64,000 bases of DNA from contig DF237008.1 of NCBI GenBank assembly GCA_000708835.1, positions 186,001 to 250,000 on the forward strand, given 5' to 3'. Shown in pieces: positions 49,801 to 62,700 of the stretch. This stretch comes from Klebsormidium nitens. Lineage: Eukaryota > Plantae > Klebsormidiophyceae. Each line of letters starts with the position of its first letter. Position 1 is the stretch's first letter. The position numbers and the translations under genes are program-made. Below the pieces are notes generated by a model that saw only the letters and a list, made by a program, of their open reading frames with translations, had not been told where the DNA came from and did not search any database.

Positions 49801-52800
49801 AGGTGCAAAAGAAAAGTGCTCAAGGTAGACACCAATCCTTGCAGTCCACGTCGACTGCCTCCACAAGATGGGACATCCCCAACTGGATTCCCCCCCAGAG
49901 GGCGACTGGTTCTGCAGTAGCAGCTGCGAAGCAATCGCCGTCATGCTGAAAGCCATTCTGGGACGGAATATGCCGCTGGGGGGGGGTTACGCGTGGACAA
50001 TCCTCAAGGATGATGGGGAGGGGGTTGCCAACCAGGGTTTATTGGGGGGGGAGGAAAAAGGGCTGAGCGAGACGGAGAGGGCCAAGAAGGGGGGGGGCAA
50101 GAAGGACGACGAGAAGCGCCAGCTGGCGTTGAAAAGCAAGGGCAAGGCAGCGGAGCTTGAGAAGGGGTACAGGTGAGGTGCCGGGAGCCTTCGGACGCGT
50201 TCTGTTGAGAGTTCTCGTAACTTGTGGTCGAAGCTAGGAGACTTTCGCTTGATTGCTTGGACGGAGTCGACTTTCTCGAGTGTTAAGGAGTAGCGTGTTG
50301 TATGCTGCAGCATGCAAAGGGTGCTTTGGTGCTTACTTTTGTGTGGTCAAGGTCGCGTCCGGTTGACAGGCAACAAACGGTTTTCAGTGGAGGCACAACC
50401 TGCCGCATCATTGCTTCACATATTTGTGATGCTCTGAATGTGTTTGCTCACTTTCTCCTTCATCCTTGCATTTGCTCTCTTGACAAAGTCAGCCCTTGAG
50501 GTGGTCTGGAAAAAGCTAAGTTTCAGTAACCTTACAATCTCTTGTCTCCGTGTCCTTCCGTATGCAGGATTGGAGCCAAGCGCGAGAAGCTCCAGGCTCC
50601 GACCGACCCGTCTCCGAGACCACCCTCCGCCAACCAGTTCCTTCCTCACCAGCCCCAGAGCCTGAGCAACGGCGTCAAGAAGTTGAGCACTCGACCTTCC
50701 GGGATAAATTCCGAGATCAGCGGCCAGGATGGCGCTATCGGGCCGGAGGGGCAGCCCAAGAGGGGCCGGGGGCGACCCCCCCGAAAGGCTAACGGGTTCG
50801 ACCATGGTGCGGCAATTGGTCTTGAGAGGGGCCCGAGTGCGGATATAATTGCGGGAGGAACCGGGTTAACCAGCCCCGTGTCAGAGCTAACCACTCCCGG
50901 GTCGACTCTGACCACCCCAGGTTCCACGCTAACCACCCCCGGGGCAGAACTGCCCACCCCAGGTGGGGGGGACCGGATGGCGGTGCTTTCGAACGGGGAG
51001 CCTGTGTCGCTGACTAGGAATGGGAAGCGGCGTGGTCGGCCTCCGAGTGCCTCCGGGGGGTCCCCCCAGAGCCCAAGCCGGGCGAGAAGCCGCATCCGGA
51101 AGCGGAAGTCGAAGCATCCCAACCAGTGGACCAGCGGGCGCCACTCAGACCAGCACACCCAGCCGAGCAGCGGTGTGAATGCCCACCCAGGCGTGACTGT
51201 GCATCCGCATGAGAATGGGCACTCCATGGAGGACAAGCATCCTGGCACGGAGGGGCATTCGAAGATGGAAAGACACGTGGGTGTGAATGGGCACTCTGGT
51301 GAGAGGAAAGGCTATTTGCCGGCGGAGACGTTTCTGCAGGGTGCACCGCTGGTGCCGTTCAGCAAGCTCACGCAGCTGCCCGGGCCGCCAGGTGGCGCGT
51401 TGCCGGAGCACAAGCCGAGCACAGACCCCTCTCTGCTGGCGGGGATAACCATCAAGCTGCGCGGGGATAGCCCCGATGGAGCCCACCGGCCAAACGGGAT
51501 CCTGCTCGACATCAAGCCGGCCGCAGAACCGGGTCTCGGGCATGGGGCGACAGAGCCCGGTGCAGGAGCCGTTTTCAGAACGAGCATCAAGCTGGAGGGC
51601 CCTCCAGGAGCGGCGCTCGGGTGTGTGGATGGGCACTCAGGGGGCCATGTTGTCTTCTGCTCTTCCATAGGGGCGGACGGAGTTGAGCGGGGAGCTTACT
51701 GTGGCGAGCCGTGCGGCGGGTGTGTCGGTGAGGGCGAGAGATGTGTCGGTGCGCTGAAGGGGGGACTTGCGCGGTGCGCGAAGCCAGGAGGAGAGCCCGT
51801 GACGGCAGTCGATATGGAAACGACAGGGGGAAATTGCGCTGGAAAAGATGAGAAGCAGTTCAAGGACGAGGCTGCAGCGGGTGGTGCATTGTTCGAGGCA
51901 AAGGAAGAAGCAAACGGGTCGGAGAACGAGGGCGGGCTCTTACTGGAGGCAGGAGGCGTGGAAGAGATGCGAGGAGAAGGGGCTGTTGCTGCGGAAGCTG
52001 ACGCTGTTATGGGGAGGCAGGAAGGGAGCGAGACGGAGGTGGGACAAGGAACTGAGGGGTCTGCTGTCGGGAGAAAGGACGGCGAGCCTTGCGAGGCCGT
52101 GCCAATGGCGGAAGACGGCCCAGCCTCAGCATCTGATTTGGCCGCAGTTGCGCGCAAGGTCGAAGCAGAAGAGAGCGCTCTTCCTGTTGTCGCCGCAGAA
52201 TCCCTCCTCGAACCTAAGGAAGAGGAGGTTGATACAGTCCGTGTCAAGCAAGAAGACAGCATGGGGGAGGGGGAAGAGAGGAGTCTTTCTGCTGAGGGCG
52301 TTTCTGCTGAGGGCGTGCCTGCGACCGCCCCCGAAGAGACGGACCCCGTGAAAGTGCTCTCGCGGTCGGTGTCGGAGATCCGACGGCTGCGGAGCGTGCA
52401 CGAGATCCCGGAGGTGCACGAGGACGAGGGCGAGTTCCAGGACATGTTCGAACTTCTGGGCCTTGTCAACGAGGCCCAGGATCTGGAAGCACAGGACCCC
52501 GCTGCCGAGGACGCGCCGCCGGCGGCCGAACAAGGCCCTGAGGTGAAGCTCGAGGCAGCGAGGCAGGAGCAGCAGGTGGAACCGTCGCAGGGGGGCAATG
52601 GGCAGGCAGCCCTGCCCCCCCACATGCGCGCGGAAGCTCCCCCCGGGGAAACAGGAGGGACGTTTAGCCTGGGGATGCGGAGGACACCCACGTGGGCCCA
52701 GGACCTGACGCTTCTGGACGGGACATACGCGCCGGGGGGGGAGAACGGCAGCGCGCTGGCCCCCCCGTCGGAGGAGCACCGGGCGCAGGGGGGTGCGGCG

Positions 52801-55431
52801 ATGCCTGGCTCGCTGAATCGGGCCCACCCCCTGCAGAGCCTGGTTCTAGCGAAGGGCGGGGCGAGGGCGGCCGGCGGCTTGGCGGCGGGGATGAGGTCAG
52901 CGGGCGTCAGCAACGGTGTAAATAGGCAGGGGTCGATGCGCACGGCGGCGGCGAGGCGGAAGAAGCTGGGGGAGGCGCTGGCGGTGATGCAGGAGTGCTT
53001 CCATCCGATCCAGGATAACCGCACCAAGGAGGACCTGATCCCGCAGATGATGTACAGTAAAAGGTAGGCCGCTGATGGGTCGAGAAATTGTGCTTTCTGT
53101 CCCTTGATTAACATGCGTCGTTCGAATGTTGCCCAGCCTGTCCGTGCGGAGCCGTATCAATCAGAAGCACAATTCTTTGCTTTTTTGGGACCCAGAAAGA
53201 AATTCTTATAGTGGAATGGTGGAGGTACTTTCTGTTGCTGACTAAGAATGAGGAGCATCTCTGCATTCAGTGTCAAGTCACAGGCCCTGCTTCTATTGCT
53301 GGGCACTCGAAGGACTCTGCTCACTCAAAACAAGCCCTTTCTGCTCCTGCTCCCCAAGCTTCCACCAACTAAATCTGACGCACCTTGTGCGCCTACCTTG
53401 AGCGTAAATATGCTTTACTATCTTTTGCACCAGTTCAACATCCTTCATACAGGTCGTGCACGTTCTTGATGTGTCTCCCGTCCCTCTCGATTCCAACTTC
53501 GTAAGATCAATCCGTCCTTTTCACGCAGGACTGCGTACCACGACTTTGGCGGGTTCTATACGCTCATCGTCGAGAAGAGCGACGAGGTGATCAGCGCCGC
53601 TGCCATCCGCATCTTCGGCACCAAGGTCGCGGAGCTGCCACTTGTCGCCACCAAATTCAGCTACCGCAGACAAGGCATGTGCCGGCTGCTGCTGACGACC
53701 CTCGAACAGGTGGGCACACAGAACGTCCCTTGCTGGACGGCTTTGCTTCGACCTTGCATACTCCCCAGATGCAGGGTGGCTCGGGCTGCTTAGCGTTCCT
53801 TCTGGCGAGGACTGTCTCATAAGCTGCCGAGTGCGGGTAGCAAAACAGCAGAATCACACGCGGGTTACTTGCGGAAGGCAAAGAGTCAGCCTCTTCACAT
53901 AGTGGAAGTTTTACTCTTCGCCTGGGAGACCATGTGAAGGGTTTAAGGGTTTAGAACACGCCAATCATAACAAGGCAAAGCAACTGGACGATTTCAGAAG
54001 ATGCTACTTCTCTCTCGTACACAGATCCTGTTCCGGCTGGGCGTAGAGAAGCTGGTGCTGCCCGCCGTCCCCGACGTGCACGCCACGTGGAAGGGCGCGT
54101 TCGGCTTCCAAGACTGCTCCTCCGAGTCCCGCAAGGCGCTCTCCGAGCTAGAAATCATGGTCTTTCCCGGAACGTGCCTGCTCCAGAAGTCGGTCGCCGA
54201 CGCAGTCTCCAACCACAAGCAGACGGCAATTTCCGCGCTCGTCGGCGCGACGCTACAGAGCGTCGTGCACGATTCCGGGGGCGCGGAGAAGCCGAACGAC
54301 GGCGTCGCGTTACCGTACTCGACGCGGTGGGAGCTGTCGGAGTGGGAGGACCTCGCGCGGGCGGCGCAGCCCCCCCGGAATGAGGAGGAAGGCGCGCCGG
54401 GGGCCGAGGCGAAGCCGGCGGTGCCGACGCTGAAAAGGAAGCGGTCGGGCATCAGTTCGCCGGTCGCTGGGTCGTCAAAGGGCTTCCGGGGATTGCTGAC
54501 GCGGGACGAAAGAGAGGTCGGACAGCAGCGGTTTGTGAGCCCGGGAGGAGCAGCCCCCGGCGTGTATGATAGCAAGGAGGTGAGTGGCAGTTGGTACGCT
54601 TGGATCTTTATCCGTATCAGACAAACAAAAAGCGGTCCTGCTAGGTGGATTTTGAAAGGGCGCTCGACATGGGCGCTCGACATCTGTCTGAGGAATGAAG
54701 CTGGGTTTAGAAGGCGAGCTGCTGCATGGTCAACCAGGCCTCTCAAAAGGGCACAAGGGCTTTGAATTGTCCTTGGCAACTCGATGGTCATCTGCGGGGC
54801 AACACGGATGTGCAGCACACTTTGCAAGTTCTTCTGTGCAGTCTCCGCCTTTCGTAGGGGAAGTCGAACCAAGGGTTACCAGCACACTCAATTGACCCCT
54901 CTTTGGCAGGCGGGAGTCGCCGTCAGTCGCCCGTTGCCAGCCAGCCAGGCCGTGCTGGGCTCGACGAGTCAGGCCCACCTTCCCCCCGGGCACGAGCGGA
55001 ACCTCAGCGGAGGCCAGCGGGACTTTGCCGGCTGGGAGGGCGTCGGGGGAGACATCCCGTCCGATCTCGGAATGGACGGCGAGGATTTCGACCACCTCTT
55101 AGCCAACGCCGAGAAGTGGTGGGCGCCCGAGGGGGGGCAGAAACACACCAGCAAGGCGTCCCCCCACGTGCAGCGCCGCGCGCTGACCAGCCCGAAGCCG
55201 TCCCCCTTGAAACGGACGAAGAGCGCGAGCCCCTTCCCGGGGGGTGCGCAGCCCGCTCCTGGGGCGGGAGGGGTGCCGAGCGGCACGACGTCCGCACGCA
55301 GCAGCTCCAGTCCTCGGGGGAAGAAACCGGGGCGGAAGCCAAAGACCCCAGAAGGTGGACCCGAGCAGTCGCTTCCGCCGTCGCCGTCCGATCGGGGGCT
55401 GGCAGCCAGGGATCCCCTGGCTGGCGGATGA
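46857..55431 (+). CDS. IDM1-like chromatin protein (TDBD/Jas-like domain, PHD fingers, GNAT acetyltransferase), ~1890 aa, 8 coding exons
   Basis: Exons 46857-48016, 48675-48981, 49372-49495, 49845-50172, 50568-53063, 53529-53709, 54025-54579, 54910-55431, all phase-compatible (5673 nt). Motifs [51 protein letters not shown]...WFCS..C, KL..AL.VM.ECF.PI.D.RT, GGFYT..E...[18 protein letters not shown]....[25 protein letters not shown]. Confidence 0.9.
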
Positions 55432-56851
55432 AGCTGCAGAAGGGGTCCAACGGCTGGGCCGTCGTCGCCAAGACGGGCGTCGCCGAAGGGGATCCCCCGG
55501 CGCTGTCGCTTGGGCCGAGCTCCCCGCAGCGGGGGGCGAAGAAGCGGCAGTACCTCCCCCCCCCGGAGCCGGGCTTCCCGGGCCCGGAGGCGGAGGGCAG
55601 CTCGCACGGGGGCCGCGCGTTCCCGAGCCCGAAGAAGCGGCTCGCGAGCGGGAACGGGGACTACCCCCCCGGCGTAACGAAGGAGACGGTGCGGAAGGAG
55701 GGGCCGCGGACGGGGCCCGAGTGGCTCGAGGCGTTACTGGCGGTCAAGTTCTTCCAGGGGTGTAAGAACCACAATGGCGAGGCGGGGAAGAGCCTCCCCC
55801 GGGAGAAGGAGTGCAACCTGTTCTGCACGGACTGCGCGGGCGGCGCACTGTGCATGACGTGCGTGGAGGGGCACAAGGAGCACCGCATGGTGCAGGTGAG
55901 GGGCGTCCCCCTGTGTTTTGTTGTCTTAGGCTGGTGTTGACTTCTGTTCGTGCTTTTTAGTCTTAGGCTTGTATGACTTTCGTTCGTGCTTAACATTCCT
56001 CTGGCATCCTTCCCAGTCCGACCTTAAACAGTTGGAAACGTCCCCGACTCTGCGGCTTGCAATCCTTCTTGCCGGACCTTAGGTTCATCAAACTCTTCTG
56101 CTTTGTCGGTAGCCTTGTTCCATTCGTTTCCGGCGTCTGGAAGCATGCTGTTGCTGTCATGAGTTATGCGCCAGTCGCTTGGCCGGCTTTTGGGCGCGAA
56201 GGTTTCCATTGACGTGCTTGCAATCTACTGATTATCATTTCCCTTCTGTTTGCAGATCCGACGGTCCTCGTACAACGACTGCGTGCGCATCACCGACATC
56301 CAACGGCTGTTGGACTTCTGGCAGGTCCAGGTGTACACCATCAACGGCGCCAAGATCGTGTTCCTCAATGAGCGCCCGCACTCCAATCCTAACCGCGGCA
56401 AGACCGCCGCGAAGAGCAACGTCACCGCGTGCGAGATCTGCTGCCGCATCCTCGTCGACAACGTGCGCTTCTGCTCAGTCGGCTGCAAGGTGGGTTGCTC
56501 AGCAGCCTTCACTTTCGGAATCAATCTCGTCACAGCAGAGTTTATGAGCTCAACCGAAGATCTGTCAATGCGCATCAGTTGTTGCGGATATCGTCTTTCC
56601 AAAAGGCGACTGCTACTTAGGATTTTGTATTCAGGTTGCCGGGACTAAGTTGCCGGAGGAGGGCTTTCCGAATTCTTATGCATGCGCCGGCCAACAGATC
56701 TCGTTTCTGGACTGCTGTGCTTAAGCTGCCCAAGGGAAAGCGGGTTTTCAGACTCTCTGACCATTGCTTCTCGTGGCCCTTGCAGCTGACCTGCATTAAG
56801 CGGGGTGCTGCTGAGGATGCCGCATTGACCTTGCAACCTTTACTGAAATGA
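55428..56851 (+). CDS. PLATZ zinc-binding transcription factor, 3 exons (start codon overlaps the upstream stop)
   Basis: Exons 55428-55895, 56256-56489, 56786-56851. Motifs PEWLEALL..FF..C..H...E.N.FC.DC...C..C...H..H...QIRRSSY, VQVYTINGAKIVFLNERP, CEIC.R.L....FCS.GCK, L..IKR...D..LT. Confidence 0.9.
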
Positions 56852-57269
56852 TAGGGGCTGAGGGATATCAGGTGGAAGGTCAAAATAGCTTAACAATAAC
56901 CGTGTCGGCTTTGGCACGCTTGTAGAGTAAAGGCAAGAGAAGACGTGTAACTTCGGAAGTTGCCCAGAGTGTGTTTGAGGACCATCTGCTGGCAGGTGCT
57001 GTTGAAGTTGATCAGGGGGGAAAGGCAAGGTAATGGGCGCGTGCGATCGCTTTGCAACTTTGGCATGGGGAGATGTGACGAAAGGTTGTTACTGAAATAT
57101 GGTCAAGATATCTTAAAGCATGGTGCGCACACTTATTTCCACGGCCGGAGCATGGAACGCCTGTGAATGCTTTTGAAATTAGTTGCCCCTGTATTATGAT
57201 GCCATTCACCTGCAAAGCACACGGGCAACTCTCATCCACCGAAAGGCTCTGAGCGCACTGGATTCGCAT

Positions 57270-57740
57270 TCTTACGCGGCTTTAACAAGCATGTACGTAA
57301 CGCAAAGTCGTCATGTGATCTTACAAACTGTTGCATGGAAGTATTTGAATCATAAGTGACCATTGGTATTTCTATTGCAGAATCCTCTAGCATGTGAGCC
57401 TGGTGGACTCACGCACGACATGCAGATTCTACGTATGGATCTTGTTCGTATGCTGCTGGCCCGGCATCTTGTGTTGAAAGTGTTGCGGCTTACACATGTG
57501 TGGCGTTGAGCTGATCTCATGGCCCCGGGTAGGTGATAAGTCATCTCATGTATGCACACATATTTGATAACCAGCTGAGTTCATTTCAAAGAGGCTCGTG
57601 AGTCACTGAGGAGATTATTGCCATACAATGATCCTTAAACGAAATCCGGCATGTGCGTGACGCATGTCAACCTCAATCTTGTCAACATTGGTAATCAAAC
57701 TGCTTTGCACAAAACAAGCTTGCTTATCCGGCCATGCAAT
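57270..57740. repeat. CATG/RY-rich island between convergent 3' ends (PLATZ and the 79-aa gene)
   Basis: About eleven CATG in ~470 bp. Confidence 0.5.
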
Positions 57741-58058
57741 GTACGTTGACTGTTGGTTTTTATTGTAGTCAACTTGTCAACTGTAGCCTGCTTGGGCACA
57801 ACCGTAGCAGTAATCAGCACGAGAGCTTAATTGTGCTCAATCATCCACCAGACCTTTGCAGCGAAGACCTGGCCTTTACAGCTTGACTGCCCCCTCACAA
57901 CCTTCTCGAGAAGATCTTGCTATTCCTCTATTTGCCATGAAAGCCTCAAATGAAGTTTTCCAAGTCAAGTTCAGGTCTCTTTGAGAACCAAACTTAACTT
58001 GAGAATTGCTTGCTCGCATGCAAGCTCGCCTGCCCAGAAAGCTACAGAGTTGTACATC

Positions 58059-58298
58059 CTAGACCGTTTTATCTCCTTTCTTAGCTTCCAGATTCTCGTT
58101 AGCTTCGCCCTTTTTGTGCCTCTTCCAGAATCTTAATCTTCTCAAAAGAGCCTTTTTCTTCTCCTTGAAGTAGTTCACAGCCTCCTCATATTCCAGTGCT
58201 TCCTGTACTTTTCTCAAGGCAAGCTGTTTGGCGTACCTGTCGTAGTCGGTGCGCTCGGGCAATGCAACAGTCTCTTTCATTCTCTCTTGGGCATCCAT
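58059..58298 (-). CDS. 79-aa basic, helical hypothetical protein
   Basis: Single ORF with protein-like composition (RYAKQLALRKVQEALEYEEAVNYFKEKKK). An acceptor-like CCCTCAG lies 7 nt upstream of the ATG with an in-frame TGA between them, so the ATG is the likely start after a 5'-UTR intron. Confidence 0.55.
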   Translation of the reverse strand: MDAQERMKETVALPERTDYDRYAKQLALRKVQEALEYEEAVNYFKEKKKALLRRLRFWKRHKKGEANENLEAKKGDKTV

Positions 58299-59761
58299 GA
58301 TTCAGCTGAGGGCTGCACATGACAAATCAGTCGCTCCGGAGAAGGACAGTTTACATCGCCTTACCGGCCTCGCAACCGCTTCGGAGTGGAACAGAGATCA
58401 GAACAGCTCTATTAAACGGAGATTTTCGTCAATTGATTGTGGATTGGCTTGCAGCAAGTCAACTTCGTGATCTTAGCTGGTTGCAACCATAGTCCATACG
58501 TCAGATACTCGATCGCGGGCGGCCACGATCGCGAGTGATCCGCCGCGGCCGCGCCGCTACCCAATTGCAAATTCTCCGCGCGCGCCGATTTGCAGCCTAA
58601 GGAATGCAGGCCGTCCGTCAGATTTGAGGACGACCGTCAGATGTCCTTGAATCGTAAAGGCACCGGACTGCTGTCCGGCGGAAACCCTTAAACCCGGCGA
58701 CTGTCGCGGCCGCCTAAACCCCGCACCGAGGTTTGGCGTCTACGAATTCAAACCCTTGCAGATATGCTGACGAGGCACTTAGCTGAGCCTCAGCAAGCTG
58801 TGAACAAAACCCCCGTTTCAACTACTTCACTTCCAGTTGAAGTGAACTGAACGCTAACAACAGCGCCTCTTGGCGCTGCTGAGAGGAAGCGTTTTCTTTC
58901 TTCCCACCCACCTCCCTTACCAACGTAACACTTCGTCACTTACCTCCGCTGACAACTCTCCACTGAAGAAATAGAACCCTCTGCCGCCGAAGACGGCGCT
59001 TCAATGGAACCGCTTATTACTTGGTCTCCTGCCTTTCTCCAAGGCCGAAAAGCGCCCCTGTCCAGCGCCATCCCAACTACTGCGACTACAAGCTATCCTG
59101 AGTTGCAAGCAGAAAATGATGGCTTGTTCAAGCACGGCACCCAGACCGAAAGATCTTGAACAACTAATCAACGGCCCCGATGAATTAGTTGAAGCTTCAT
59201 CGCGACCCTTCATCACCAAACAGACCGACGGTCTCGATTAAATAAATGTCCGACGCTGACGTCACGGTTCGCTCACCTCAATTTCAATCAGCTTATACGC
59301 ACCGACAGCGTATAAGCGCCCCTATGCCGCAACCCGAGAAGTGCGGCCTCATGGGAGCGAATCCTGACCGTCTTTGCCCCAAACCGCCCATCTATCTGAC
59401 GTTGGACATTTCACACAGAACACAAAAACAGTTCCTCATACTCATTCCCTTGGGAATAGGTTCGTAACCGGTGACGCAACTCCAAGGGGATCACTCCGAG
59501 CTCATACGATCGGTTGCTCTGGGCATGCCAAATTGCACGGCATCGTCTCCGGTCTCGTAAAGCACGTCACGTATCTCTTTGCTGATTCGCATTGTGACGT
59601 TAAGATTTGCAATCGCTAGTGAGCATTAAGCCAGAGTATGTAAGTTCACCCTCGGGTCCAACAAGCGAGACCCAAATTGACTTCCTTCTGTTTGTGCAGG
59701 CATTTTTGTTGCTCAACAAGTCTTTCAGAGGAAGCCCCTCCAGCATTCTCTAGCGCGCGCC

Positions 59762-62700
59762 ATGGCGTCTTCCGCCCTCAGCAGCATAGAGGATTCAGCA
59801 GAACAAACAGCTCAGAGGAACCCTGATCCAAAAACCGCACGGCAGATTCGTGCAACACGAAAGTCCCTCACGACAGCCTCCAAGAATGTGAAACCAATCT
59901 CGACAGCCCCGCTTCTCCACGCCAAAGAACACGACGAGGCCGGTGAGAATGCGCCTAGCACAAGTAGGAGTTCCCGAATTTCAGGGGTCCGGTTGAAGAC
60001 GTCCAAGCAGGTTTACGACCTGGTTCGCACTAACCCCAGCTACGATGGGAAGAGGTGTCACATTGTGTACCACGACAGAGTGGCTGACAGATACATGCGG
60101 ACGGCGTTGGCGGACTGGACCCCTGCGAGCGCGCAGGGAGACGTGCCATGGCACCGCGTGTGGTGAGTGCTTATGCTTGGGGGAGGACAGCTTATGTATA
60201 CAATGCCATAAGATTTGGGAATCATTAATGATCGTCTGGGGAAGTTCTACTAAGCTGGAGGGAAAATGGACCACGTGGGCTGGCTTTCTTTTGATTAGCT
60301 GAGCTTAGGACTGGACTCCTCAATGAAACGTAGGTCCTTGAGCTGATTTGCCATTGAGAGAGCTTGAAAGGCTACCTGGTTGCGAGAAACGGCTCTCCAC
60401 TTTGAGTACAAGAGACTGCGATCAGACAAGATATCGTGCGATGGCAATAGCAGTGCATTTTCCTAGGGCCCAGGGTCATCCAGAGATGTTCTTTTCAGCG
60501 TTACTTTCTTACTTGCGGCGCCATCGAAAGTAAATTCGACCCTCAAGCAGACCGAGAATGATGCTGAGAGCGAAGTCGAGCAAGGTGAAAGATTACGACG
60601 TCTTGCCCTTAGAAAGTCAAGACACCTCTCTTTCTCTCTTCCCTCTCAGCGCCTTCAATGTGCTGTCAGTTGTCCACCTGCAAATAAGCCCTTTCCAGAC
60701 TCGCTGTAATTCAGCATATATTGGACTCTCTTCTTTTTTCCAATGATGGGTTTGTGTACGGAATATCAGTGACATTAATGTGGTCTGTCTCTTTGGTGGC
60801 ACTAACGGCGTGCTGCACCATTCTGCCCTCAGGAGCGACTAACTGACCAGCCCATCCTAGTTTCTGCTCTATGAAACTTTTAGATAAGAGAACTTACTTT
60901 CTGGCACTCGCGCCTCTGCGAACTGCGGTGGAAAAGCCAGCCTTACTGCTTCGGGCGGCACTACTCACAGGTGCAAACATGCCGAGAGACACGTTAGTGC
61001 ACACGGGGCGAGCTTTGCAAGCTGACCAGCAGATGTGCCGCACTATTCTTGCAGGAATCTGTCTGAGCCAAGGGCTCATCGAGCAGAGTTTCCAAACTCG
61101 AACCATACGGCGGACTCAAAAACATACGGACAGCAGACTCAAAGCTTTTGGACAGCAGCTTGCAAAACCGAGCTCCTTCAATTTCATGATATCCCAGGTT
61201 CTTCACATACAACGGGACCGTTTTCTGGGACCGTGAGCGCCGCTTCTTCGACCACTGCCTCCTGCGCCGCCTTGCTTCCGGTGATGCCGCCCCGTCCTAC
61301 GAGAACGTGACACGCGGCGCCCAGCAACTGGCCGAAACGCTTCCTCGCGACTTCCGATTGGCAACTTTGAACCTCCTTGCAGGTCAGAGACGCTCATATT
61401 TTATGCTAAGCATCTGACAGCAACTCCACCTTCTGCGATTTTCGAAAGCATTGTTCAATGAGAGCTCCTCAGTATTTCTGGTAGTTTTGGCTCTCCCAAT
61501 AGTCCTACCTTCGCGTTTCAAAGGTGTGGTGAAAGTGCCTCGTTTGTTGGACGTGCTTCGTCCAATCACGCATACAGCTGATACGTTAAGGGCGGATAAA
61601 AAAAGGAGAGAGGTCTAGCCACCATTTACCCCGCCCCGGAAGAGCACGCTAGGCCTGTGCAGCACTTGCCTAGTCATTGCTCAATGCGTTCGTTTCTCTT
61701 CCGATTCCTTGTTCCTTCAATGATTGTCTTTTCTATCGTCGCAGGTGCCAACTTCCGCAAAGACGTGGACCCAAACCCACCCGTATCAGACGTCTCCAAC
61801 GTGCTGCGAAGTTTGGACGCTGACGTCATCATGCTCCAGGGGTGCACGAAAGAGACGCTTGAGTTTCTCGAGGAGCAGAACTGCGTTTGTGAGGGTTATG
61901 AGGTTAGTCACACGAATTTTCTCGGTAAAGATTTGCAGTGTGAAGGCACGCTTTAGCTGAACGTTTGATCTAAACATCTTTGCTGAATGGACGCGTGCTG
62001 CTTGCTAAAAGATCCAGGCATTCTTTAGTTGAGTCGTACTTTAGCAGATACTTGAGCTGGTTTAACTTGAAGTTGCGTAGGCTTCGTTAGTTCAACCATT
62101 GGAAAAGCTTCGGAGCTTGAAGTGGAAGTGCTTCTTTAAACAACAGAAGGCTGAGAAACTACGATTACGCATTCAAGGGCTCGAAACTGGCAGATTGAGG
62201 TAAAGTCCGCGTTGGGGTTGATGTCCTCCTTCTGATTGAGCTTTATTAAGCACTTCGTGCCAGACTCCATACGGATCACGATATTCAAACCTACGACTCG
62301 GTCCCGTCTCCACCGAATTGAGACGTCGCAAGGGTCAAGGGAAGAAGCCAAAACGTTTTGGATTGAATCGCTAAGCCTGAGACTCCAATGAACGTACTTT
62401 GCTACGTGTCTTGCAGATGGTCTACTCAGACTTGGAGCCTTCCGGCCAGATCACGCTCGCGCGCGCCCACCACAAGCGAGCATCCCAGCACAGCCTTTCG
62501 GCGTCGAATAAGAGAGCGCTCAGAGTCTGCCATAAAACGGCGAACGGTGTCGACTTCGAAACGTGGAACGTAGACTTTCGAGCGTCGACAGGGGAGAGAG
62601 ACAGCATTTCTGAACGTGCGGGGAGGCGGTTGAGTAAAGACGGAACGGCGCCGAGCGGAACGCATAAGACCGGAACGGAGCTGATGAGCCAGCTCGAGCA

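Noticed and set aside
51696-54872. Long antisense ORFs (472, 233, 292 aa) over the IDM1-like exons
   Set aside because: These are expected shadows of GC3-rich coding sequence on the opposite strand.
54903-55427. Upstream 175-codon extension of the PLATZ frame as a true dual-coding region
   Set aside because: Codon bias favours the IDM1 frame here, and stops are rare in the -1 frame of GC3-rich DNA. Kept only as context for the ATGA finding.
58682-58725. Telo-box-like AAACCCT/TAAACCC motifs in a bidirectional promoter
   Set aside because: Not exact AAACCCTA matches, and too short to support.
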